Source: Betaproteobacteria bacterium
Lineage (GTDB): Bacteria > Bacillota > UBA5301 > DYFA01
Direction of reading: 5' to 3'
DNA: 64,000 bases
Assembly (NCBI GenBank): GCA_050260635.1
Contig: JBLNCL010000016.1
Coordinates: forward strand, 116,809 to 180,808
The notes beneath the pieces are model-generated. The model saw only the letters and a program-made list of their open reading frames with translations, searched no databases and had not been told where the DNA came from. Positions 53,384-61,943 of the stretch are shown here, piece after piece; the stretch's first letter is position 1; the number at the start of each line of letters is the position of its first letter. The position numbers and the translations under genes were made by a program.

Positions 53384-54516
53384 GTATCACCCGCTTGCTG
53401 GCGATCATGCGCAAGGAATTCATCCAGGTGACCCGGGACATGGTCACCCTGCGCATTATGATCGCCATGCCGCTGCTTATGATGGTCATGTTCGGGTACG
53501 TGGTGAACACCGATGTGAAATCCACCCCCACCGCCGTGGCCCTGCAGGACACCGGGCTACCTGCCCGTGACCTGTTCGAACGCTTCCAGCAGACCGGCTA
53601 CTTCGACGTCGTGCGCTACGTCCAATCGGCCGAGGAGGTGGGGCGGCTGATCGCCAGTGGTGAGGTCAAGGCCGGGATCGTCATCCCTCCCGACTACTCG
53701 GAACGGCTCGACCGGGGTGAGACGGCCCAGGTGCAGGTGCTGATTGACGGATCGGATCCGCTGGTCAGCCGGACCACCCTCAACACGGCGGAAATGCTCG
53801 GCCAGCTCACCAGCACCCGCATCCTCACCGAACGGCTTCAGAGGGTGGCCGGGGGCGGCAGCAGAGCCGAACCGCCGGTCGAGGTGCGGGCGAGGGTGTG
53901 GTACAACCCGGAGATGGACAGTGTCAAGTTCAACATGCCTGGCCTGATCGGGCTGATCCTCCAGAACACCACGATCGCCCTGATTGCCCAGGCGCTGGTG
54001 AAGGAGCGGGAGCGGGGAACCATGGAGCAGCTTATCGTCACCCCGGTGACCTCCTTTGAACTCATTCTGGGCAAGATGGCCCCGTACACGATCATCGCCA
54101 TTCTCGACGTGATGCTGGTCCTGTTCGTGGGTATCTACTGGTTCGGCATGAGGATTGCCGGGAGCATGGCGGTGTTCGGCCTGAACACGTTCATCTTCCT
54201 CCTCTGCTCGCTCGGGTTGGGGCTGCTCATCAGCACCATGGCGGAAAACCAGATTCAGGCGACGCAGTTGAGCCTATTCTTCCTGTTGCCGAGCGTGCTC
54301 CTGTCCGGTTACATGTTCCCGCGGGAGACCATGCCCAAGGTGCTCCAGGCGGTCGGGTGGGGCATCCCGCTCACCTACTACCTGGAGGTGCTGCGCGGGG
54401 TGATCCTCAAAGGCCTCGGGATGGAGACGCTGTGGCGGCAGACCGCAGCCATGGGCGGATACAGCGTCGTCATCCTCACCCTGGCGGCCTGGCGGCTGAA
54501 GAAGCGGTTGGATTGA
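53380..54516 (+). CDS. ABC-2 type exporter permease
   Basis: VSITRLLAIMRKEFIQVTRD start (GTGA overlap with the upstream stop), large extracytoplasmic loop, then 5 TMs. Confidence 0.88.
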   Translation: MSITRLLAIMRKEFIQVTRDMVTLRIMIAMPLLMMVMFGYVVNTDVKSTPTAVALQDTGLPARDLFERFQQTGYFDVVRYVQSAEEVGRLIASGEVKAGIVIPPDYSERLDRGETAQVQVLIDGSDPLVSRTTLNTAEMLGQLTSTRILTERLQRVAGGGSRAEPPVEVRARVWYNPEMDSVKFNMPGLIGLILQNTTIALIAQALVKERERGTMEQLIVTPVTSFELILGKMAPYTIIAILDVMLVLFVGIYWFGMRIAGSMAVFGLNTFIFLLCSLGLGLLISTMAENQIQATQLSLFFLLPSVLLSGYMFPRETMPKVLQAVGWGIPLTYYLEVLRGVILKGLGMETLWRQTAAMGGYSVVILTLAAWRLKKRLD

Positions 54517-54530
54517 GGAGGAGAGAGGGC

Positions 54531-55616
54531 ATGGTGGGAAGCAAGAGGTACTCTCGGGGGGACGGCTGGCGGCGTTTGCTGGCCGCGCTGGCAGTCCTGG
54601 CGGCGCTGATGGCGGCGGGCGTCGCCCTTACTCCGGCCCAGGCAGCGCTGGCCAGCCGGCGGTTGACTCTGGCGGAGGCGTTACGGGCAGCAGAGACGGG
54701 GAACCCGGGTTACCGCCGGGCGTGCCTGGCGGTGGATCAGGCGGAGCTGGCCCTGGAGCGGCTCCGGGCGGATCAGGCGGTCCGGGCCGGAGCGCTGGCC
54801 CTCCAACAGGCGGTGGGGACCAAGGCTACGGCTCAGGTAGCGCAGGAGGCTGCCCGGCGGAGGCTTTGGCTGGACGTGCGCCGGGCGTACTACACCCTCC
54901 TCACCGCCCACAAGCAGCGAGAGGTGGCCAGAGAGGCTTTGGAACAGGTGAAAGAGCAGGACCGGGCGGTCAAGCGACGCCGGGCGGCGGGGGCCGCCAC
55001 CCAGTTGGACGTCCTTGCCATCCAGCGGGCGCTGGCAGAGGCCACGGCGGGAGTGGAACGGGCGGAAACCGGAGTCCGCCTGGCTGAACTGAATCTGCTC
55101 GACCTCCTTGGCTGGCCGGCCGACACCCAGGTGGAACTTGACCAGGGCGTGACTGATTTCGTGGCTGTCCCGGGGGAAGCGGCGGCCATCCGGTTGGCCC
55201 TGGAGCGCAGTCCCGAGCTGCGGCAGACCCGGGAAGCGGTGGAGGCGGCCCGTCTGGGGGTGAGTCTGGCGGAGAACGACTACACACCGGAGCTGGCCCG
55301 GAAGGCGGCGGAGCTCAAGCTGGAGGAGGCGCGCCTGGCGGCGGAAGAGGTGGAGCGCCGGCTTGCGTTGCAGGTTAGGCGGGTACTGGCCGATCTCGAG
55401 CTGGCGGAAACACAGGTTGAGGCGGCAGTCAAGGCCACTGCCGCGGCCGCCGAAGGGTGGCGGGCGGCCCAGGTCCGGTTTGAGGCCGGGGTTTCGGGGA
55501 CGGAGGAGCTGCTGGCGGCCCAGGTCCGCCTCACCCAGGCCCGCCAAGCGGAGCTGCAGGCGAGACTCGACTATGACCTCGCCCGGACGGGCCTTTTCAG
55601 CCTGATCGGAGAGTAG
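54531..55616 (+). CDS. TolC-family outer membrane efflux protein (short, 361 aa)
   Basis: Signal peptide ...LTPAQA, LTLAEALRAAETGNPGYRRA OEP motif, two coiled repeats. ATG 54531 follows GAGGAGGAGAG. Confidence 0.8.
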   Translation: MVGSKRYSRGDGWRRLLAALAVLAALMAAGVALTPAQAALASRRLTLAEALRAAETGNPGYRRACLAVDQAELALERLRADQAVRAGALALQQAVGTKATAQVAQEAARRRLWLDVRRAYYTLLTAHKQREVAREALEQVKEQDRAVKRRRAAGAATQLDVLAIQRALAEATAGVERAETGVRLAELNLLDLLGWPADTQVELDQGVTDFVAVPGEAAAIRLALERSPELRQTREAVEAARLGVSLAENDYTPELARKAAELKLEEARLAAEEVERRLALQVRRVLADLELAETQVEAAVKATAAAAEGWRAAQVRFEAGVSGTEELLAAQVRLTQARQAELQARLDYDLARTGLFSLIGE

Positions 55617-55628
55617 GAGGGACCGGGC

Positions 55629-57191
55629 ATGCGCAGGCGGTTGGCGAGCATCGTTGGTGCCATCATGGGCGTCCTGGGCCTGTTTGTGGCGGTCGCACTG
55701 GCGGGAGCCGCCCTTCCGGCCCCGCGGGTGCTGGCGGCAGAGGTAGGCGCCGACCCGGTCCCGCTGACCTTGGCGGAGGCGGCCCGGCTGGCTTTGCAGC
55801 AGGGGCCGCAGCGGCAGGATATCGCCCTCTCGGCGGCGCGGGCGAAGGCGGGAGCCGATTTGGCCGAGAGTGCCTTCCGCTGGCACGTGACGGTGGGGAC
55901 GGCCCGCATCCCGCAACTGGTCGAGCTGGCCGAGCAGCTCGGATCACCGCCGAAGCCTGCCACCATCGTCAGCCCTGGGACCACCGGTCTGGTCTACGAC
56001 CCGGTCATGGGGCATCGTTGGGCGGTGCTGCCGGCGGTGTCAGCGGCCAAGGCGTTCCCGAGTGGCGGCCAGTTGGTCTTGACGACCCATTGGGGCCTCT
56101 TCGGACCTCTGGACAGCGACTCTCCGCAGCGCGACCAGCGTAGCGAGTGGCAGCCCTTTGAGAAGATGCCGCTGATTCAGTTCACCCAGCCGCTCTTCCG
56201 GGATCCCGGCACCCTGGAGCCAGTCCTGCGCCGGGAGGAGGCGCGACGCAACTTGGAGCGGGACCGGGCCACCGCTCGTCTGACCGAGACCAGGACCCTG
56301 CTCGAGCTGGCCCAGGCCTACTTCGCCGTGGCCCAGGCGCAGGACGAGGTGGAGATGGCGACCCGCGGGCTGTCTCGGGCGCAGACGGAGGCGCGGGTGC
56401 GCCAGGACAAGGCTTGGAAAGGCGACGCCACCGGGCTGGACCTCATGGAGGCGGACATTCTGGCGCAGCGGGAGGCGGCCAGGGTCGCAGCCGCCCGGCA
56501 TGCCCTGGACCTGGCTCGGCAGCGGCTGAACCAGCTTGTCGGCCGTCCCTTAACTGAACCGGTGGTCCTTGCCCCGCCAACGGTTCCGCCGGCGCCGGGT
56601 GGCTCGCCTTCAGGCAGCCCGGCGTTGGCCGCCCAGCCGGGGCCAGAGGTGGCCGCCGCAGTGGCGGAGGCCCTCGCCTACCGGCCGGAGATCATTCTGG
56701 CCCAAAGCGCCATTGAGAGCGCCCGGGCGCAATTGGCAGCGGCGCGGGCAGCAGCCGGAACCCAGGTCAGCGCCTCCGCCGGGGTGGCCAAGGACCGCTC
56801 CTGGATAGCGGGGCTCGACGTCCAGTGGCCCCTGTGGGATGGCGGGACCGGCCGGGCCCAGGTGGAACAGGCCGCCGCCGGCCTTGCCCTGGCCGAGCAG
56901 GCGCTGGTCGACCGGCGGGAGGAGATAACCCTGGAAGTGACCCAGGCATACTACGCTCGGCAGGATGCCGCCCGGGCGTACGACGTGGCCGACCTGGCGG
57001 TGAGACAGGCCAGCGAGGCCGTGCGCCTTGCGCGGGACCGGTTGGCCAAGGGTTCCGCCGTGGCCCGGGAGGTGGAGGCGGCTGAGGATGCCCTGTTTGC
57101 GGCGGAGGCGGCTCGCCGGGCGGCGCTGTACCGCTGGTACCAAACAGAGTGGTCCTGGCAGGCGGCGCTGGGCCGCCTCGTGCAGGAGTAG
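55629..57191 (+). CDS. TolC-family outer membrane efflux protein (520 aa)
   Basis: Signal/anchor, LTLAEAARLALQQGP OEP motif, two long alpha-helical repeats with an enlarged inter-repeat segment. Confidence 0.8.
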   Translation: MRRRLASIVGAIMGVLGLFVAVALAGAALPAPRVLAAEVGADPVPLTLAEAARLALQQGPQRQDIALSAARAKAGADLAESAFRWHVTVGTARIPQLVELAEQLGSPPKPATIVSPGTTGLVYDPVMGHRWAVLPAVSAAKAFPSGGQLVLTTHWGLFGPLDSDSPQRDQRSEWQPFEKMPLIQFTQPLFRDPGTLEPVLRREEARRNLERDRATARLTETRTLLELAQAYFAVAQAQDEVEMATRGLSRAQTEARVRQDKAWKGDATGLDLMEADILAQREAARVAAARHALDLARQRLNQLVGRPLTEPVVLAPPTVPPAPGGSPSGSPALAAQPGPEVAAAVAEALAYRPEIILAQSAIESARAQLAAARAAAGTQVSASAGVAKDRSWIAGLDVQWPLWDGGTGRAQVEQAAAGLALAEQALVDRREEITLEVTQAYYARQDAARAYDVADLAVRQASEAVRLARDRLAKGSAVAREVEAAEDALFAAEAARRAALYRWYQTEWSWQAALGRLVQE

Positions 57192-57218
57192 CTCCCCAAG
57201 CTGGAGAAGTTACCCTTC

Positions 57219-57497
57219 ATGGCCAGCAAAGAGCCGCAGAATGTCGGTGAGTTAGCCCCTGCTGCTGCCCGGTGGGCGCTGACCGCCAGAGGGGTGCCCG
57301 TCACCCGGGGCGAAGACTTCGTCGGGCTCCAGATGACCCTGGACTTGCCGGGTCAGCGGAAGAGCGGAAAGAAGGTCAGGACGGCCCATGGCCTGATCCA
57401 CCGGACGTGCCCCCGGTGCGGACGGTACCTCGGCGCCATCTTGGCGGGGGCCAGCGCTCTCTGTCCGCGATGCGGGGTATGGACAAGCGGCTGCTGA
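57219..57497 (+). CDS. Small zinc-ribbon protein (two CPRCG motifs)
   Basis: 92 aa. CPRCG-x17-CPRCG. GC-rich third codon positions. GGAGAAG lies ~9 nt upstream of the ATG. Ends ...SGC-TGA. Confidence 0.45.
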   Translation: MASKEPQNVGELAPAAARWALTARGVPVTRGEDFVGLQMTLDLPGQRKSGKKVRTAHGLIHRTCPRCGRYLGAILAGASALCPRCGVWTSGC

Positions 57498-57563
57498 GGC
57501 CAGAGAGAAGCAGCACAGGGGGGAAGCAAGATAAAGATTAGAGAGGCCTCGTTCGTCCCGTTC

Positions 57564-58661
57564 ATGGTCCTCGTCGTTGCCGCACTGCTCCTGCTTACGT
57601 TCCTCTCAGTGGCAGCCGCTCCCTCGCCCACCGGGGTGGAAACTTGCGCGGGGTGTCACCAGTCGGAGGTGGAGGGTTGGAACCGCACAGTTCACGCCCG
57701 CCAGGGAGTGACTTGCCTCAGCTGCCACCAAGCCGACGCCTTGCATCAACCCTCACCTGAGGCCGCAGTGCCAGATTATCGGGCCGAGGTCTGCGCCAAA
57801 TGCCACGAGACCGAGTATCGGGAATGGAAGGCTTCAGCGCACAACACCCCGGTGCCATACACCCAGGACGAAATCCTGCCCGAGCTGATTACCGACTGTG
57901 TGCGCTGCCACAACGTCCGCGGGTACGTGCGGGTGCTGCGCGACGCCACGCCGTTCGAGCAGAGCAAGGGGCAGGTGGTCGATGCGGGCTCGCCCGGGGT
58001 GACCTGCGCGGCCTGCCACGACCCGCACTCCGGTGCCTTCAAGGCCATGCTCAGAGCGCAAGAGCCGTCCAGGACCTGCGACCACTGTCATGGCGGTAAG
58101 TGGCAGAATCTCGTGCTGAATGGCACTGGGGGGCAGCGCTACCCTGGCCCGTCTTACGACCAGTCGGCGGCGAGCCCCCACAACACCGGCGACCGCTGCG
58201 TCACCTGCCACATGGCCAGGACGCCGGGGGTCCAAGCCGGCGGCCACACCCTGCGGATGAAGGACGCCAAGGGCGGTCTGAACACGGGCGGCTGCACCCC
58301 TTGCCACCGGTCCATCCCCGACTTCAACGTGGGCGGGAAGCAGTCAGAGACTCAGGCGTTGCTCGATGCCTTGGCGGAGGAACTGAAGTCCCGGAACCAG
58401 GGGGAGTTGCCCCGCAACCAACCTGGCAAGTGCAACGAGTGCCACCGGGGCGGCACAGAGCCCTTCAAGAACGATCCGAACGGTGTGTTGGAGCAGGCCT
58501 TCCAGAATTACCGCCTCTTCTGGCATGATCGGAGTCTCGGGGTGCATAACCCCGCCTACACCAGGCAGTTGCTCCAGGAGTCCATTCAACACATACGGCA
58601 AGGCTACGCGGGAACGCCAGCACCCCGGGGCGCCGAGGGCTGCTGCGGCCACCAGGGCTGA
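57564..58661 (+). CDS. Nonahaem c-type cytochrome with an N-terminal signal/anchor helix
   Basis: Nine CXXCH motifs (CAGCH, CLSCH, CAKCH, CVRCH, CAACH, CDHCH, CVTCH, CTPCH, CNECH). No SD within range of the ATG. Confidence 0.85.
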   Translation: MVLVVAALLLLTFLSVAAAPSPTGVETCAGCHQSEVEGWNRTVHARQGVTCLSCHQADALHQPSPEAAVPDYRAEVCAKCHETEYREWKASAHNTPVPYTQDEILPELITDCVRCHNVRGYVRVLRDATPFEQSKGQVVDAGSPGVTCAACHDPHSGAFKAMLRAQEPSRTCDHCHGGKWQNLVLNGTGGQRYPGPSYDQSAASPHNTGDRCVTCHMARTPGVQAGGHTLRMKDAKGGLNTGGCTPCHRSIPDFNVGGKQSETQALLDALAEELKSRNQGELPRNQPGKCNECHRGGTEPFKNDPNGVLEQAFQNYRLFWHDRSLGVHNPAYTRQLLQESIQHIRQGYAGTPAPRGAEGCCGHQG

Positions 58662-58696
58662 GGGCCTCTCCGGCACAAGAAAGCTGGGAAGAAAAA

Positions 58697-58730
58697 GCAG
58701 GCTGTCCCGAAGGCGTTCGGGACAGCCTGC
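58697..58730. terminator. Bidirectional terminator between the convergent cytochrome genes
   Basis: GCAGGCTGTCCCGAA-ggcg-TTCGGGACAGCCTGC. An A-run upstream gives a U-tract for the minus-strand gene. Confidence 0.6.
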
Positions 58731-58748
58731 GTTGCCTTTACGCGGGAG

Positions 58749-60569
58749 TTACTTGTACTTCGCCTCGAACTGGTCGAGCAGCTTGCCGGCCCGAGCCAGC
58801 AGCTCACGGGCGTAGTCCGGGTTGTGGACGCCGTAGCTGTAGTCGCTGACGATGAAGTTTACGTTGGCCTCGGCCTGTGCGTAGACCTCAGCAGCTTCCT
58901 TGTTCTTGGCGTTCTTGGCGACCCAAGCCTTGGCCTTGTCGAGACGCGGCTGCAACTTGGCGAGACCACCTTTGACCTCGCTCTGGATCTCCTCGATGGT
59001 CTTCTTCAGGTCAGCCGGATTGGCGTGACAGCTCTTGCAGTTCGGGTTGGCAGCGATCTGCTCCGGGGTGGCCGCCTGGAAGTCGTGCTTCGTGCTGTCC
59101 ATGAAGTGGCAGTCCTGGCAAGCAAACCCCATGAGGACCTTCATGTTCGGCTTGTCTTCGATGCCCTTCTCTTGCGAGCCCTGGCCCTTCAGGAAGGCCA
59201 GTTCGACGTGGTGACCGCTGCCGGTCGCCCAGTTGAAGGAGCGGCCGTGACAGAGTCCGCAGGTCTGTTCCTTGCTCCGGCGCAAGCCGATGTTACCATC
59301 CTTGCCGAAGGTGTGGCAGACCCGGCAGGTGATGCCCTCCAGGTGGTTCTTGAGGTACTTGCCATCCTGCGTGGTTTCCGCATATCTGAAGACCGGCTTG
59401 CCGTCGACTTCCTCTTCACCGGTGCAGTACTTGGCGCCCTTCGGGAGGAAATCGGCGACCTTGGCCTTCGGATCATCCACAATCGCCACGGCGGAGTGGC
59501 AGGTGATGCAGCGATCCTGATCCGGGTCTTCCGGATTGAAGACGGTGCTCTCAAGCATATCCCAGTGGGCGTTGCCCAACTTGGAGGACTGGGCCTGCGA
59601 GTAGACCATCAGGTTGCCGAGGTTGACCCTGGGCGTCGGGACGGTCTTGCCTTCCGCCTGGTCGAGGGCCTCGAACGCCTCGTTGATCAGGCGGCCGGCG
59701 AACTGCGGATTGTGGACGCCGTTCGAGAGGTCGCCCTCGATGAATGCGACGCGGTCCTTGGCCTTCTTGACCAGGGCCTTCTGGGCGTCGGTGAGTTTGC
59801 CCGCCTCAGCGGCCTTGACCCGCTCCTTGATGCTCTTCACCGCGGCCCCGACCGTGGTCTCGGTGTACTGGATCATCTTCTCGAGTTCGTCGGCGCTCTT
59901 GTGGCAGTTCAGGCAGAAAGCGTCCTTCACGATGTCCTCAGGCTTCGCTGGGGCGTAGTCGTGCTTGACGCTGTTCATCATGTGGCAGTCCTCGCACTTC
60001 ATGCCGAGGGTGTAGTGGACGGACTGCTCCCAGTACCCGTCGCCATGGCCTTCGATGAAGTCCTGCTCGACGTGGTGGCCGCTGCCGGTCGTCCAGTTAA
60101 AGGCGCGGCCGTGGCACAGGGTGCAGGTGTTGTCGGGCCGGCGGAGGGCGATGCCGCGGTTATCCATCACGTGGCAGACGCGGCAGGTAATGCCCTCGAA
60201 GTCGTTGGCGACATACTTGCCGTCGACCTTGGCCGTGTCGTACTTGAAGACGGTCTTGCCGTCAACTTCCTCTTCCCCGATGCAGTACTGCTGCCCAGCC
60301 TTCAGGAAGTCGGTCAGTTGAGCCTTTGGATCGTCCACGATGGCCACCGCCGAGTGGCAGCCGATGCAGCGGCTCTGTTCCGGGTCTTCCGGATTGTTCA
60401 CTGTCTTGCGGAAGATGTTCCAGTGGCGGGAACCCAGCGGCGAGTTTTTCGCCTGGTCCAGGATGCTAGGCACGGGCACTGGAACAGGTTTCTCCTGGGC
60501 GATGGTGATCGCTGCCAAACACGACACCAACGCCACGACGCCTACCAGAATCTTTGCCCAGCGACTCAT
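58749..60569 (-). CDS. Secreted decahaem c-type cytochrome built from two tandem pentahaem modules
   Basis: Signal peptide, then 10 CXXCH motifs: CIGCH, CRVCH, CTLCH, CEDCH, CLNCH, then CITCH, CRVCH, CGLCH, CQDCH, CKSCH. Confidence 0.88.
   Translation of the reverse strand: MSRWAKILVGVVALVSCLAAITIAQEKPVPVPVPSILDQAKNSPLGSRHWNIFRKTVNNPEDPEQSRCIGCHSAVAIVDDPKAQLTDFLKAGQQYCIGEEEVDGKTVFKYDTAKVDGKYVANDFEGITCRVCHVMDNRGIALRRPDNTCTLCHGRAFNWTTGSGHHVEQDFIEGHGDGYWEQSVHYTLGMKCEDCHMMNSVKHDYAPAKPEDIVKDAFCLNCHKSADELEKMIQYTETTVGAAVKSIKERVKAAEAGKLTDAQKALVKKAKDRVAFIEGDLSNGVHNPQFAGRLINEAFEALDQAEGKTVPTPRVNLGNLMVYSQAQSSKLGNAHWDMLESTVFNPEDPDQDRCITCHSAVAIVDDPKAKVADFLPKGAKYCTGEEEVDGKPVFRYAETTQDGKYLKNHLEGITCRVCHTFGKDGNIGLRRSKEQTCGLCHGRSFNWATGSGHHVELAFLKGQGSQEKGIEDKPNMKVLMGFACQDCHFMDSTKHDFQAATPEQIAANPNCKSCHANPADLKKTIEEIQSEVKGGLAKLQPRLDKAKAWVAKNAKNKEAAEVYAQAEANVNFIVSDYSYGVHNPDYARELLARAGKLLDQFEAKYK
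58752..59606 (-). repeat. Pentahaem module 2 (aa ~322-606) of the decahaem cytochrome
   Basis: Same module order and haem spacing as module 1. Both end with a helix containing GVHNP. Confidence 0.8.
59655..60464 (-). repeat. Pentahaem module 1 (aa ~36-305) of the decahaem cytochrome
   Basis: Aligns by eye with module 2 at a 286-292 residue offset (for example NPEDPEQSRCIGCHSAVAIVDDPKA versus NPEDPDQDRCITCHSAVAIVDDPKA). Confidence 0.8.
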
Positions 60570-60880
60570 TCACACTCTCCTCTTTCTTGGATGTCTCGCA
60601 CCATGCTTCTCCTTTTTGCGGCGGGAACCTTCGTTCCTTATCCCCCCCCTTCGTCCCGCCTAGCAGTTCTTATACTCATTAGGAAATACTTGGACAAAGG
60701 TGCCGGAGTTTCCTCTAAGAGAGCATAACCGGTGAGCGTTCGGTTCATTCTGACCGGGCGCGGCGGCGGATTCGTTCGCTTGGGGAGGAAGTGGGGTGGC
60801 GACAGCGAACCCTCAATCGGGTTGTGCATACAGCATACATTGCCGTTGGGAAAGAGGGTGAGGATGCCGTGCAGGGGACG

Positions 60881-61906
60881 ATGAGGGCGATCGCCAAGAC
60901 GGCGGCGGCGCCCGGGGCGGAGATGATCAGGGTTCCGCTTCCGCCGGTGCCACGGCACCACGTCTTGATCAGGGTTACCGCCACCGCTATCTGCGGGACG
61001 GACATCCACATCTACAACTGGGACCCTTGGGCGCAAGGGAGGATCAAGGTGCCCCGCATCTTCGGCCACGAGTTCTGCGGTGAGGTGGTGGAACTGGGCG
61101 AGGATGTAAGCCGGGTTCAGCTCGGCGACTTCGTCTCGGGTGAAACCCACGTGACCTGCGGGCATTGCTACTACTGCCGGAGCGGCCTGGGCCACATCTG
61201 CCAGGAGGTCGAGATCCTGGGAGTGGACCGGGACGGCTGCTTTGCCGAGTATGTGGTTCTGCCGGAGCACAACGTCTGGAAAATGGACCGCTCGATCCCA
61301 GTCGAGGTCGCGGCCATCCAAGACCCGCTTGGGAACGCCATCCATACCGCCTTGGCCCAGGAGCTGATCGGCAACACAGTCGAAGTAATCGGGTGTGGCC
61401 CCATCGGACTATGCGCCATCGCCATCGCCCGCAAGGCCGGGGCCCTCAAGATCTATGCCGCCGACATCAACGAGTTTCGGTTGGGGCTGGCGAAGAGGAT
61501 GGGGGCCGACGTCACGATCAATACCCAGAGGGAACGGCTCGACGAGGTAATCCTCCGGGAGACGCAGGGTTTCGGGGTCGACGTGATGCTTGAGATGAGC
61601 GGGAGTGCCGAAGCCATCCGGCAGGGCTTCAACGCCTTGCGCAAGGGGGGCGAGGCGGCGCTGCTCGGGATCCCCTCCCGGCCGATGGAGCTGGACGTGG
61701 CCAACGCCTTGGTCTTCAAGGGGGCGACGGTCCGGGGGATCAACGGGCGGAAAATGTTCCAGACCTGGTATAAGGCAATGGACTTGCTGGCCGGGGGACT
61801 GGACATCACGCCGGTCATCACCTGCCGCTTCAAGCTGGACGAGTTCGAACAGGCCTTTGCGTTGGCCCGGTCGGGCGAGGCGGGGAAGATCATGCTCTAC
61901 CCGTGA
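60881..61906 (+). CDS. tdh: L-threonine 3-dehydrogenase (Zn-dependent)
   Basis: [12 protein letters not shown]..., [18 protein letters not shown] structural-Zn motif, GCGPIG. GTG 60869 is an alternative start. Confidence 0.9.
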   Translation: MRAIAKTAAAPGAEMIRVPLPPVPRHHVLIRVTATAICGTDIHIYNWDPWAQGRIKVPRIFGHEFCGEVVELGEDVSRVQLGDFVSGETHVTCGHCYYCRSGLGHICQEVEILGVDRDGCFAEYVVLPEHNVWKMDRSIPVEVAAIQDPLGNAIHTALAQELIGNTVEVIGCGPIGLCAIAIARKAGALKIYAADINEFRLGLAKRMGADVTINTQRERLDEVILRETQGFGVDVMLEMSGSAEAIRQGFNALRKGGEAALLGIPSRPMELDVANALVFKGATVRGINGRKMFQTWYKAMDLLAGGLDITPVITCRFKLDEFEQAFALARSGEAGKIMLYP

Positions 61907-61943
61907 GCGGGGGAGCCGATACACGAAAGTGGGGGGAACCAGG

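Noticed and set aside
54681-55916. 411-aa minus-strand ORF opposite the TolC-like genes
   Set aside because: Shadow ORF; the plus-strand frames have signal peptides and OEP motifs.
58824-60728. 634-aa plus-strand ORF opposite the decahaem cytochrome gene
   Set aside because: The minus-strand frame carries ten CXXCH motifs and a signal peptide. The plus-strand translation is a featureless Leu/Val/Gly/Asp-rich sequence.
60570-60880. Glycine riboswitch or T-box in the 311-bp region upstream of tdh-kbl
   Set aside because: No GGAGAG...ACCGAAGGGGCAA-type glycine aptamer cores or T-box sequence were seen. The region more likely holds divergent promoters for the decahaem gene and tdh.
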